DNA of 24,000 nucleotides from assembly GCF_031927985.1 (NCBI RefSeq), contig NZ_JARPZC010000012.1, forward strand, positions 66,818 to 90,817, in the 5' to 3' direction. The DNA is from Enterococcus dongliensis (lineage in GTDB: Bacteria > Bacillota > Bacilli > Lactobacillales > Enterococcaceae). Below are positions 7,709-15,908 of this stretch, in pieces. Below the pieces are notes generated by a model. The model searched no databases, was not told the DNA's origin, and saw nothing but the letters and a program-made list of their open reading frames with translations. Position numbers and translations under genes: made by a program. Numbering within the stretch: the stretch's first letter is position 1; every line of letters begins with the position of its first letter.

Positions 7709-9010
7709 TCATTCAATTAATTTCAACATTCCTCGCATATAAATTTCCATGTTTAATAATAAATCTTCTTCATCCATGTATTCATCTTTGTTATGAGCAA
7801 TTCCTTTTTGACCAGGAAATGATGGACCAAATGCAACGATATTTGGTACAAAACGCGCATAAGTAGCTCCTGTAGTCGTTACTGGTGTGCCATCCAAATC
7901 TGTTACATCTTCATAAACTTTGGCTAATAATTGTACATTGGAATCATCCTTAGGAAAATGGCTGCTTTCAATCCGACGAACAACTTTTAACTGACTTTGG
8001 GGAGGTAGATGCTTTTCTAATACTTCTGTCACTTCTGATTCAGTTACTGATACTGGATAACGAATAGCTACCGAAAGAGCTAATTGATGACCTTTTTTTA
8101 TTAATTGATACGGAGTAATCATCAATTTTCCACTGTCTGTATCTGAAAAAGCGATGCCTAATCCTTCACCGTGATGTTTTTTTGCCAAACTCCGTACAAC
8201 CCAAGAAAAATACTCATCTAGTTTCCCTGCGACCAATTTCTCTTGAATCAGTTTTTCTGCTAATAAGGTAATCGCATTTTCACCAAGTTCAGGGGCATTA
8301 GAAGGAGCTCGTTTGCCAACAACGTGGACTTTTTCTCCATTGATTGTCACTGATAGTTCGTCTGGAACGTGATCTCGTGCTTGATCACCAATAAATTCAC
8401 TCAAACTATTTGATTCAATTTCAGGAATGGTTGTTAGAATTTCATAATTAACAATTCCTCGTTCACCATAGACTACCGGATATTTACAATCTGGTGTGAA
8501 CCCAAAACGAGGCGCTTTTTCTTCACTCAAATATAACGGAATATCAGAACTGCCATTTTCTTCATCTGTTCCAAAAATAATCCGAATCGTCTTTTTTGTC
8601 GGCAAGTTTAACTCTTTTAATAATTTCAATCCAAATAAGCAAGACAGAATCGGCCCCTTATTATCCAAAATTCCTCGTCCATAAAAACGTTGCCCTTTTT
8701 TGCTTAATTTAAAGGGGGGAAAAGACCAGCCCTCGCCAGCAGGTACAACGTCCAAATGACCCACTACGCCAATATAATCTTCCTCATTGCCCCATTGCGC
8801 ATAACCAACCGCATCATTTACTATCGCTGTTTTAAACCCATATTTCTGAGCCAATGCCAACACGGCATCTAACGCTTCTTTAGGACCTTTTCCAAACGGA
8901 GCGTGTTCAACTGGCTGTCCTTTGACACTCTCTATTTGCATTACTTGATCAAGATCTTGATAAAATTGTTCTTTATTTTCTTCGATCACTTTCCTAAAAT
9001 CAATTGACAT
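7709..9010 (-). CDS. M20-family metallo-dipeptidase (PepV/Sapep-like)
   Basis: The 433-aa protein has the motifs GHLDVVPAGEGW, GRGILDNKGP and GTDEENGS. RBS AGGAGG precedes ATG 9010. Confidence 0.85.
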   Translation of the reverse strand: MSIDFRKVIEENKEQFYQDLDQVMQIESVKGQPVEHAPFGKGPKEALDAVLALAQKYGFKTAIVNDAVGYAQWGNEEDYIGVVGHLDVVPAGEGWSFPPFKLSKKGQRFYGRGILDNKGPILSCLFGLKLLKELNLPTKKTIRIIFGTDEENGSSDIPLYLSEEKAPRFGFTPDCKYPVVYGERGIVNYEILTTIPEIESNSLSEFIGDQARDHVPDELSVTINGEKVHVVGKRAPSNAPELGENAITLLAEKLIQEKLVAGKLDEYFSWVVRSLAKKHHGEGLGIAFSDTDSGKLMITPYQLIKKGHQLALSVAIRYPVSVTESEVTEVLEKHLPPQSQLKVVRRIESSHFPKDDSNVQLLAKVYEDVTDLDGTPVTTTGATYARFVPNIVAFGPSFPGQKGIAHNKDEYMDEEDLLLNMEIYMRGMLKLIE

Positions 9011-9071
9011 GAGAAAGCCTCCTAATTTCTATTTATGTAATTTTTTGAGAAGCATTTTATCTATAGATATT

Positions 9072-9803
9072 TTAATGATTATAACGTGTCAGTGTTGTTT
9101 TAAATATATAACGATCCGAGCGGTAGTATGAAATATCATAGAAAATCGGAGTTGCATCTAACGCATAGGTAACAGAATGAACTTGTAGTAATGGATCTCC
9201 CATTGGAACATCCAGAAGCTTTGAAAGTTCTGATTTTACTAAAATGGCCTCTACTTCTTGATGTGAATAAGCAATCTCTGTCTTTTCTTCTAGTAATTGA
9301 AATAAAGAACCGATAAAATCTTCTTTAGTCAATCCCTTTACATAATATTCAGACAAATAAATTTTTTCGACTGTCATTGGTTCATTGTCTAAAATTCGCC
9401 GACGAACCAACTCATAAATTGGAGTATCTTCCTCTAATTGCAAAGCATTTATTATTTCATCTGCCGGTTCATTAATTTTTTTAAATGAGATAACTTCAGT
9501 ACTGCTTGTTTTTCCGTAAGCCTTTGCTGCCTCAGTAAATCCTTGCAGCCCTGACCGTCCACTTTGAATTTTCGGCTGTGTCATCACGTAGCTTCCTTTG
9601 CCGCGATGCTTTACTAAAATATTTTTTTTGATTAAATCATCAATGGCTTTACGAATGGTTAAACGACTGCAGTCAAACTCTTTTGCTAAATCATATTCAG
9701 AAGGTAATTTTTGTGCGCTTACGTAGATTCCTTCATGGATTCGCTTCTCGATTTCGGCTGATACTTGATCAAACTTCGCTTTTGTCGTTTTCTTTTCTTT
9801 CAT
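9072..9803 (-). CDS. GntR-family (HutC subfamily, UTRA effector domain) transcriptional regulator
   Basis: The N-terminal winged HTH reads LPSEYDLAKEFDCSRLTIRKAIDDLIKKNILVKHRGKGSYV. The 243-aa length is typical of HutC-type regulators. No terminator is visible before the M20 gene. Confidence 0.85.
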   Translation of the reverse strand: MKEKKTTKAKFDQVSAEIEKRIHEGIYVSAQKLPSEYDLAKEFDCSRLTIRKAIDDLIKKNILVKHRGKGSYVMTQPKIQSGRSGLQGFTEAAKAYGKTSSTEVISFKKINEPADEIINALQLEEDTPIYELVRRRILDNEPMTVEKIYLSEYYVKGLTKEDFIGSLFQLLEEKTEIAYSHQEVEAILVKSELSKLLDVPMGDPLLQVHSVTYALDATPIFYDISYYRSDRYIFKTTLTRYNH

Positions 9804-9907
9804 ATTCGCTCCTTAATTATTTTATTCTGATTATCAAATGATCTTCAAATTCACTATACTGATTCTTAGATCAATTTACTAGATTAATTTTTATATAACT
9901 TATTTCG

Positions 9908-9945
9908 GTATATACTTTATAGTATATACTATAACTAGAAATCAA
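9908..9945 (-). promoter_or_regulatory. Promoter plus paired GntR/HutC-type operator upstream of the GntR-M20 operon (likely autoregulation)
   Basis: GTATATAC occurs at 9908-9915 and 9922-9929, with the same 14-nt spacing as at 7577/7591. On the minus strand, TTGATT (9940-9945) is followed by N18 and TATAAA (9916-9921), preceded by a T7 tract. Confidence 0.55.
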
Positions 9946-10112
9946 AAAAATTCAATCATTCTTAAGCGTTTCTCTCAAAATAATTGATTTCAATAGTGCT
10001 TTCCCTTATTTTATTGCTTACTTATAGCAGGTATAAACGATTCTGTTTATTAATACAACTGTATTTATTGATAACTATCATGGTGGTAGTTTACATTAGA
10101 GAGCTCAAACAT

Positions 10113-10153
10113 AGGAAAACAGGATCAATAAATATCTCGATCCTGTTTTTCCT
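10113..10153 (-). terminator. Stem-loop downstream of the SDR gene (probable terminator)
   Basis: AGGAAAACAGGATC (10113-10126) pairs with GATCCTGTTTTTCCT (10139-10153). The stem is about 14 bp with one bulged T. Confidence 0.5.
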
Positions 10154-10218
10154 AGTATATTCACCATTCAATCACTGACTAGTTTTATAGCACGTGGTTA
10201 GTTTTTCAGATAGGCTTT

Positions 10219-10815
10219 TTAATAGACTTGATATTCTTGTCCTGTTTGTTTCCCTTCGATACTTTTGACATAAGCCATTGCTACACGTTCTGCTGGTACT
10301 GGTACAAATCCTTTGAATGAATCTTTGTGTTTTTCATAAGATTCTATGAGAACATTTGGGCTGACACAATTAATCCGAATCCCTTGGGTGAAATCGATCG
10401 CTGCTGATTTTACAAAAGCAGATACTCCTCCATTTGCCATCGCTGCAGACGCGCCGCCAGGGATTGGGTCGTCTTTCATAATACCTGTAGTCAAAGTAAT
10501 GCTGCCACCTCGATGTAAGTATTTTTGCCCAATCAATGCTAGGTTGATCTGTCCTAGTAATTTGCTTTGGACTGCTACTAAGTTATCTTCTGGAGTCATT
10601 TTTTCAACTAACTGAATTTTAGCGGTTCCTGAAGCATTAACGATTGCATCTACATAGCCTACTTTTTTAAACATCATTTCAATGCTACTCACTGATGTTA
10701 AATCAACTTGAACATCACCACTAGTTCGGCCAGCAATAATCAGTTCGTGTTCGTGTAATTTTTCCACCACAGCTTGACCGATCGTTCCTTTACCACCAAC
10801 AACTAAAATACGCAC
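10219..10815 (-). CDS. Short-chain dehydrogenase/reductase family protein (short ~200-aa form)
   Basis: The Rossmann N-terminus reads MRILVVGGKGTIGQAVVEKL. IRINCVSPN is an SDR-like motif. The start is GTG at 10815. Confidence 0.75.
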   Translation of the reverse strand: MRILVVGGKGTIGQAVVEKLHEHELIIAGRTSGDVQVDLTSVSSIEMMFKKVGYVDAIVNASGTAKIQLVEKMTPEDNLVAVQSKLLGQINLALIGQKYLHRGGSITLTTGIMKDDPIPGGASAAMANGGVSAFVKSAAIDFTQGIRINCVSPNVLIESYEKHKDSFKGFVPVPAERVAMAYVKSIEGKQTGQEYQVY

Positions 10816-10882
10816 AACTAGTCACTTCCTTCACTTTTACTTCTATTATAATGCAACCTAGACGTTCTTTCAGCAGATTCAA

Positions 10883-10908
10883 GAAAAAAGACCTGCGGCT
10901 GCAGGTCT
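10883..10908 (-). terminator. Rho-independent terminator after csbD-like gene
   Basis: The minus strand reads AGACCTGC-agcc-GCAGGTCT followed by TTTTTT. Confidence 0.8.
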
Positions 10909-10914
10909 AAAAGA

Positions 10915-11100
10915 TTATTCTCTCTCTTTATCGATTTTTTTATTGATCTTTCCGGCAACGTCATCTGCTGTTTCTTTGGCCTTATCCTTTGCTTTGCCGA
11001 CACCTTGTTGAATCTTTCCTTTTAATTCAGTCGATTCATCATCCGCGATTTTTCCTTTTGCTTCGTTCACTTTACCTTTTAATTCATCATTATTTGTCAT
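10915..11100 (-). CDS. CsbD-family general stress protein
   Basis: The 61-aa sequence MTNNDELKGKVNEAKGKIADDESTELKGKIQQGVGKAKDKAKE shows the CsbD repeat pattern. RBS AGGAGG is present. Confidence 0.8.
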   Translation of the reverse strand: MTNNDELKGKVNEAKGKIADDESTELKGKIQQGVGKAKDKAKETADDVAGKINKKIDKERE

Positions 11101-11186
11101 AAAAGAACCTCCTGTTTGATAAAATAAGCGAAAATTACTTCTAAAATTATTCTACCATCGAGAAAATAAGAAGGCTAAGAATCTGC

Positions 11187-11354
11187 TTACATTTTCAAAA
11201 ATCCTTCCACTTGTTGAATCTCTTGTCGCAAAGATTCTATCCGCTGATCTTTCAATTCACTAGAAAATTTTAACTGCTCCAATCGTTGCAATTCATTTTT
11301 CACTGCTGCTAATTCCTTCTGCGCCTCCAAAATAACGCTTTCATTCACTTCCAT
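11187..11354 (-). CDS. Small hypothetical coiled-coil protein (55 aa)
   Basis: ATG 11354 has RBS GGGAGG 9 nt upstream. The sequence is heptad-like (LEAQKELAAVKNELQRLEQL...IESLRQEIQQVEGF). I recognise no family. Confidence 0.45.
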   Translation of the reverse strand: MEVNESVILEAQKELAAVKNELQRLEQLKFSSELKDQRIESLRQEIQQVEGFLKM

Positions 11355-11428
11355 TGTACATTTCCTCCCAAGCATCTTACACTAATTGCCAACTAATTCT
11401 ATGCTACACTGCTTTTGAGGTGAAGTAA

Positions 11429-11608
11429 ATGCGAAATACTTGGTTAGAAGAACAATTAGCTACCATTTCAGATGAAAAATATCAGTTCATTGTAACCGAA
11501 ACTCTCAAGTACATCGAACAATTAGAAGATGACAATGAAAGTTTGCAAATTGCCCTTGAAGGAAATATCTGGAGTCCAAAAAAATGGAACGAAAAAATAG
11601 AGAAGTAG
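11429..11608 (+). CDS. Small hypothetical protein (59 aa), below the ORF-track length cutoff
   Basis: ATG 11429 is preceded by GAGGTGA 5 nt upstream. Translation is MRNTWLEEQLATISDEKYQFIVTETLKYIEQLEDDNESLQIALEGNIWSPKKWNEKIEK. TAG at 11606-11608 overlaps the start of a stem-loop (AAGTAGGCC/GGCTTACTT) and a T-run. Confidence 0.5.
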   Translation: MRNTWLEEQLATISDEKYQFIVTETLKYIEQLEDDNESLQIALEGNIWSPKKWNEKIEK

Positions 11609-11760
11609 GCCATTAGTATTGGCTTACTTCTTTTTGATGACTTAATCACATAGTAAATTACATCCATCATTTTTTAACATTAATTCTCAATAATTTTTCT
11701 TGACTCACATTATTCGTACTAAACTATCATCAATTAAATATCTATCTCATTCATATAACA

Positions 11761-11786
11761 ACAAGCCCTTCTTATGAAGGACTTGT
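11761..11786 (-). terminator. Stem-loop after DsrE-like gene
   Basis: On the minus-strand RNA, ACAAGUCCUUC-AUAA-GAAGGGCUUGU forms 11 bp including one G-U pair. The U-tract is weak. Confidence 0.45.
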
Positions 11787-11798
11787 TAATTCTGTTTT

Positions 11799-12116
11799 CT
11801 AACACTTGATATAAGAATATCTTTGTTCTTGCAATTTAACTAATCCAATCACACCAGACTCAACGACCTCAACTTGCTCATACATTTGTTTAGAACGGAC
11901 ACGAAAATTACGCATTGATTGATGGCATGCTTGATAAGTAACATCTTGATATTCCTTCATAAACTTGATCATTCGCGGCAATAAATAGCCTTGGACAGCT
12001 TCACCATTCATTAACAATACGATATCTGCTTTAGGCTCTGTCAACAACACATATTCGATATTATGCCGTGCCTCTCTGATCATTCCTACTTCATCCACAT
12101 GAAAAACTACTTTCAT
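11799..12116 (-). CDS. DsrE/DsrF-like family protein (sulfur-relay-like fold), function unknown
   Basis: The 105-aa sequence MKVVFHVDE...IVLLMNGEAV...ACHQSMRN resembles COG1416/DsrE-like small proteins. RBS AAAGGAGG is present. Confidence 0.5.
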   Translation of the reverse strand: MKVVFHVDEVGMIREARHNIEYVLLTEPKADIVLLMNGEAVQGYLLPRMIKFMKEYQDVTYQACHQSMRNFRVRSKQMYEQVEVVESGVIGLVKLQEQRYSYIKC

Positions 12117-12415
12117 TTAGAACGCCTCCTTTAATTCAATTAATGGATACCCATTATATTTATTGTTACGAAATAGCTAGCAACTGTCACCGCTTTCATT
12201 ATTGGTTATATTTACTAGAGCTCTCTTTAAGAGTAGCCGAAAATATAGAAAATTACAAAAGAATTTTGCAGACTTCTTCTATAATTTTTCTTTCACGCTA
12301 ACTCTCTCGCATTTAAAAAAAATTCATGAGTTTTTTAATAAAAGCCTTTTCTTTTGCTTAGAAATCTATTATTTTGGTAATAGTATGTATAAATTTAACT
12401 AGCGGAGGACGCAAG

Positions 12416-14173
12416 ATGTCTTATCAAGAAATGCTTTTTACTTTCTTAGGTGGATTAGGAATTTTTCTTTTCGGAATCAAATACCTAGGAGATGGGTTAC
12501 AAAAGGCTGCCGGAAATCGATTACGTGAGATTTTAAATCGGTTTACTTCAACACCTTTTCGCGCAGTCTTAGCAGGAATTATCGTAACTGGTTTGATTCA
12601 AAGTAGTTCAGGAACAACTGTTTTAGCTGTGGGACTTGTTAGTGCAGGTTTTATGACCTTGAAACAAGCAATCGGAGTAATTATGGGGGCAAATGTAGGA
12701 ACGACTGTCACCGCTTTCATCATCGGTTTTAATTTAAGCGAGTATGCTCTACCTATTATCGGTACAGGAGCAATCTTGTTGTTTTTTGCTAAACGAAGCT
12801 CTTTACAATCGATTGGACAAATTCTTTTTGGATTCGGCGCACTTTTTTATGGGTTAAAATTAATGGGCGGCGCCATGGATCCTCTTAAGGACCTTCCCCA
12901 ATTTAATGAATTAATGATTCGGGTCTCCCATCACCCTGTATTAGGTGTAGGTATTGGAACCTTATTAACGATGGTATTACAAAGTTCTAGTGCGACAATC
13001 GGTATCTTACAACAATTATATATGCAAGGCAGTGTGACTTTAACGGCTGCGTTACCGATTCTTTTTGGTGACAACATTGGTACAACAATCACTGCAATCA
13101 TCGCCTGCTTAGGGGCCAGTATCGCGGCAAAACGAACAGCCGCATCTCATGTAATATTCAATTTAGTCGGCGCAATAATCTTTACTTTATTGCTGGGACC
13201 ATTCACCCAACTCGTCACTTTATTTGCCCAATCGTTAGGGTTGAATCCGGCGATGCAAATCGCTTTTGCTCACGGACTTTTCAATATTTCTAATCTGGCG
13301 ATTCAATTCTGGTTCATTGCTCAGATCGAATTTTTAGTAAAAAAAATCGTTCCTGGCAGCGAAAAAAATTTGAACATTCGGCCAGTTACGTTAAGCGAAG
13401 CTGTCATCCACACCTCCTCAGTAATGGCAATCGAACAAGCCAAAGGAGAAATTATTCAGATGGGAAATTACGTTCTTTCTTCTTTGAAAGGAGCACGCAA
13501 ATATTATCACGACAATAAAGAAGAATGGCATGATGATGTCTTACAGTATGAAGAAGCCATCAATCAATGTGATGTCGAGCTAACAGAGTATCTAGTAAAA
13601 ATATCCACAGCAGAACTTTCACCGTTAGAAAGTCAAGAACAAGCGATGCTATTAGAATTTACTAAAGATTTCGAACGCATCGGCGATCATTCTATGAATA
13701 TTATTCGCTATGTGGAAGAATCTATTGCTCTTGAAGAAAAACAACGAGCAAAAGACAAAAATAATAAAGCCAAAACAACGAGCAGTCGTCAGACTTTCTT
13801 ACTACAAGATGAAGATCTTGAAAAACTTTTTGATAAGGTTTTGAAAAACATATACAATGCCTTGCAAGTTTTAGAAAATGACGACATGGCGCTCGCTCAA
13901 AAAATGCTGTATCGTGAAGAAGAAATCAATCAACTAGTCGAACTGCTTAGAAAAAAATATATCCGCTTGATGACTAAAGGTGAAGGTCGTGCAGCAGACG
14001 GTGTCCTACTGATTGATATCAGCTCAAATCTTGAACGCTCCAGTGACCGCACATTACACATTGCGAAATACTTTTTAGGAAATAAATACAATTTCAAATA
14101 CGATACGACAAATTTTCAGTATGAAGAAGCAGAAACTTTACCGCTTACTAATATCGTTGATGTAAAAAATTAA
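12416..14173 (+). CDS. Na+/phosphate cotransporter family protein with C-terminal PhoU-like domain
   Basis: Duplicated Na_Pi_cotrans motifs are present (GLIQSSSGTTVL, and VLQSSSATIGI with GDNIGTTITA). The helical C-terminal half includes FERIGDHSMNI. ATG 12416 has RBS GGAGGA 6 nt upstream. Confidence 0.85.
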   Translation: MSYQEMLFTFLGGLGIFLFGIKYLGDGLQKAAGNRLREILNRFTSTPFRAVLAGIIVTGLIQSSSGTTVLAVGLVSAGFMTLKQAIGVIMGANVGTTVTAFIIGFNLSEYALPIIGTGAILLFFAKRSSLQSIGQILFGFGALFYGLKLMGGAMDPLKDLPQFNELMIRVSHHPVLGVGIGTLLTMVLQSSSATIGILQQLYMQGSVTLTAALPILFGDNIGTTITAIIACLGASIAAKRTAASHVIFNLVGAIIFTLLLGPFTQLVTLFAQSLGLNPAMQIAFAHGLFNISNLAIQFWFIAQIEFLVKKIVPGSEKNLNIRPVTLSEAVIHTSSVMAIEQAKGEIIQMGNYVLSSLKGARKYYHDNKEEWHDDVLQYEEAINQCDVELTEYLVKISTAELSPLESQEQAMLLEFTKDFERIGDHSMNIIRYVEESIALEEKQRAKDKNNKAKTTSSRQTFLLQDEDLEKLFDKVLKNIYNALQVLENDDMALAQKMLYREEEINQLVELLRKKYIRLMTKGEGRAADGVLLIDISSNLERSSDRTLHIAKYFLGNKYNFKYDTTNFQYEEAETLPLTNIVDVKN

Positions 14174-14198
14174 CAGCTTAAGGCCTTATCTCACTCAA

Positions 14199-14241
14199 AC
14201 CAATTTCAAAAAATCTAATTTTTTGGGATTGGTATTTTTTT
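14199..14241 (+). terminator. Rho-independent terminator of the Na/Pi cotransporter gene
   Basis: A 15-bp stem pairs 14199-14213 with 14219-14233 (2 G-U pairs). It is followed by A and then T7. Confidence 0.75.
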
Positions 14242-14302
14242 ATGTTTAACAACTATTAAACAGCAGGAAAATACACCCTAAGATATTAAATAATTTATCT
14301 AT

Positions 14303-15790
14303 ATTGGATAGATACTCAAAACAGCATAGCTCTAAAACAGTTTGTTCCTAATGAAGACCGTGAAATTTGTTTTGAAAGCATTCAAAACAGCATAGCTCTA
14401 AAACATACGTGCTTTGATTACCTCTCTGCGTCTCGTTTTGGAAGCATTCAAAACAGCATAGCTCTAAAACTGACCCAAAAACTGGTGAAGTTAAAACAAA
14501 GTTTTGGAAGCATTCAAAACAGCATAGCTCTAAAACGGGCAAGCTATATACACGCAACAGAGGGTTGTTTTGGAAGCATTCAAAACAGCATAGCTCTAAA
14601 ACGTTACAGATACAGCAGTAGCAGTTTGCAATGTTTTGGAAGCATTCAAAACAGCATAGCTCTAAAACGCTGAATTAGTTGGTACAGCAAGTGAGGACGT
14701 TTTGGAAGCATTCAAAACAGCATAGCTCTAAAACCATTTCTGCTAATTGTTTGGCTAAAGCTTCGTTTTGGAAGCATTCAAAACAGCATAGCTCTAAAAC
14801 AAGCTTGGAACGTAACTTGATAAGTCTTCTGTTTTGGAAGCATTCAAAACAGCATAGCTCTAAAACTCTTTTGCTTGTTCTAGCATCTCTTTTCTCGTTT
14901 TGGAAGCATTCAAAACAGCATAGCTCTAAAACACTGCCGCTAACGCTCCGCCCGAAGCAAATGTTTTGGAAGCATTCAAAACAGCATAGCTCTAAAACAA
15001 TTTTGATAGAGAGGACGTGACTCCAGATGTTTTGGAAGCATTCAAAACAGCATAGCTCTAAAACACTGCATATAAGTCCTTTAGCTGATCATCAGTTTTG
15101 GAAGCATTCAAAACAGCATAGCTCTAAAACTCTCCACAGTCATTCTGTTGTAGAGCGCCCGTTTTGGAAGCATTCAAAACAGCATAGCTCTAAAACAACA
15201 GAATTGGATTCATTAAAAGAGTCAGCGTTTTGGAAGCATTCAAAACAGCATAGCTCTAAAACACTATCCGCACCCCAATACTTCAATTCCATGTTTTGGA
15301 AGCATTCAAAACAGCATAGCTCTAAAACAGTCCTCGCAGCGTTTGCGGAATGGGGAATGTTTTGGAAGCATTCAAAACAGCATAGCTCTAAAACCAAAAC
15401 GTTGAGTATTACTTTTACAAGTGCGTTTTGGAAGCATTCAAAACAGCATAGCTCTAAAACGAACCAGGCGCTTTGGAATATTCAGCAGGCGTTTTGGAAG
15501 CATTCAAAACAGCATAGCTCTAAAACAAAGAATCGTAACGAAACGATTATCCGTAAGTTTTGGAAGCATTCAAAACAGCATAGCTCTAAAACGTTTAATC
15601 TCTTGTTTATCAACAGGAGCTAGTTTTGGAAGCATTCAAAACAGCATAGCTCTAAAACAACTGCCGGTGCAGTACGGTGCCGTATGTAGTTTTGGAAGCA
15701 TTCAAAACAGCATAGCTCTAAAACTACACTTCGTTATCGACCCAACGAACAGAAGTTTTGGAAGCATTCAAAACAGCATAGCTCTAAAAC
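14303..15790 (-). CRISPR. Type II-A CRISPR array: 22 full 36-nt repeats plus 1 degenerate terminal repeat, 22 spacers of 30 nt
   Basis: The repeat in transcript sense is GTTTTAGAGCTATGCTGTTTTGAATGCTTCCAAAAC. I verified an exact 66-nt period, with repeat starts running from 14369 to 15755. The terminal repeat at 14303-14338 keeps only 23 nt (14316-14338). The repeat at 14369 carries one substitution. The leader-proximal end is at 15790. Confidence 0.98.
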
Positions 15791-15908
15791 CTCGTAGACC
15801 AATTTGGTTTTCAAAGATTTCGTAATCGCGCCACTCATCCATAGCAAGATTTCAGTTTTGAATGCCTCATTCATTATTTATATTTTATTATCAAAGAACG
15901 CATTGAAT
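15791..15908 (-). promoter_or_regulatory. CRISPR leader
   Basis: This AT-rich 118-bp segment lies between the csn2 stop and the first repeat. On the minus strand it ends ...GGTCTACGAG directly abutting the repeat, which matches the type II-A leader-anchoring motif CTRCGAG. Confidence 0.8.

Noticed and set aside
10818-11003. A 61-aa minus-strand ORF overlaps the csbD-like gene and its terminator.
   Set aside because: It is in a different frame of the same strand as the recognisable CsbD ORF. It also runs through the terminator hairpin and has no RBS.
11482-11670. A 62-aa minus-strand ORF.
   Set aside because: It lies antisense to the better-supported 59-aa plus-strand ORF, which has an RBS and a terminator. 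Its composition is odd and it has no RBS.
12374-12415. The ORF track gives N-terminal extensions for the Na/Pi transporter (12374), regulator (3307), PNPOx-like (22595), Usp (23551), IIB (6552) and IIC (6203).
   Set aside because: In each case an internal ATG with a properly spaced Shine-Dalgarno sequence gives an N-terminus typical of the family. The extensions start at non-ATG codons or codons without an RBS.
14298-14305. The 8-mer TCTATATT is present at both flanks of the CRISPR-Cas block (14298-14305 and 22073-22080), which could be target-site duplication.
   Set aside because: It is too short and AT-rich to be meaningful, and no recombinase or inverted repeats are associated with it.
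14339-15754. Possible self-targeting spacers that match other parts of this window.
   Set aside because: I saw no match by eye between any spacer and the rest of the 24 kb. A visual scan is not exhaustive, and the rest of the genome is unavailable.
14348-15825. Six ORFs of 62-198 aa lie inside the CRISPR array: 14348-14557, 14485-14673, 14679-15020, 15027-15623, 15140-15397 and 15421-15825. They have repetitive peptides such as FWKHSKQHSSKT, FGSIQNSIALK and VLELCCFECFQN.
   Set aside because: The periodic peptides are just the 36-nt repeat translated in different frames. There are no RBSs, and the 66-nt period preserves the frame by chance.
15791-15908. A specific pre-crRNA promoter within the leader, for example TTGCTA-N17-TACGAA or TTGATA with nearby TATAAA.
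   Set aside because: Candidate hexamers either have wrong spacing or a poor -10. I could not choose one with confidence, so I annotated only the leader as a whole.
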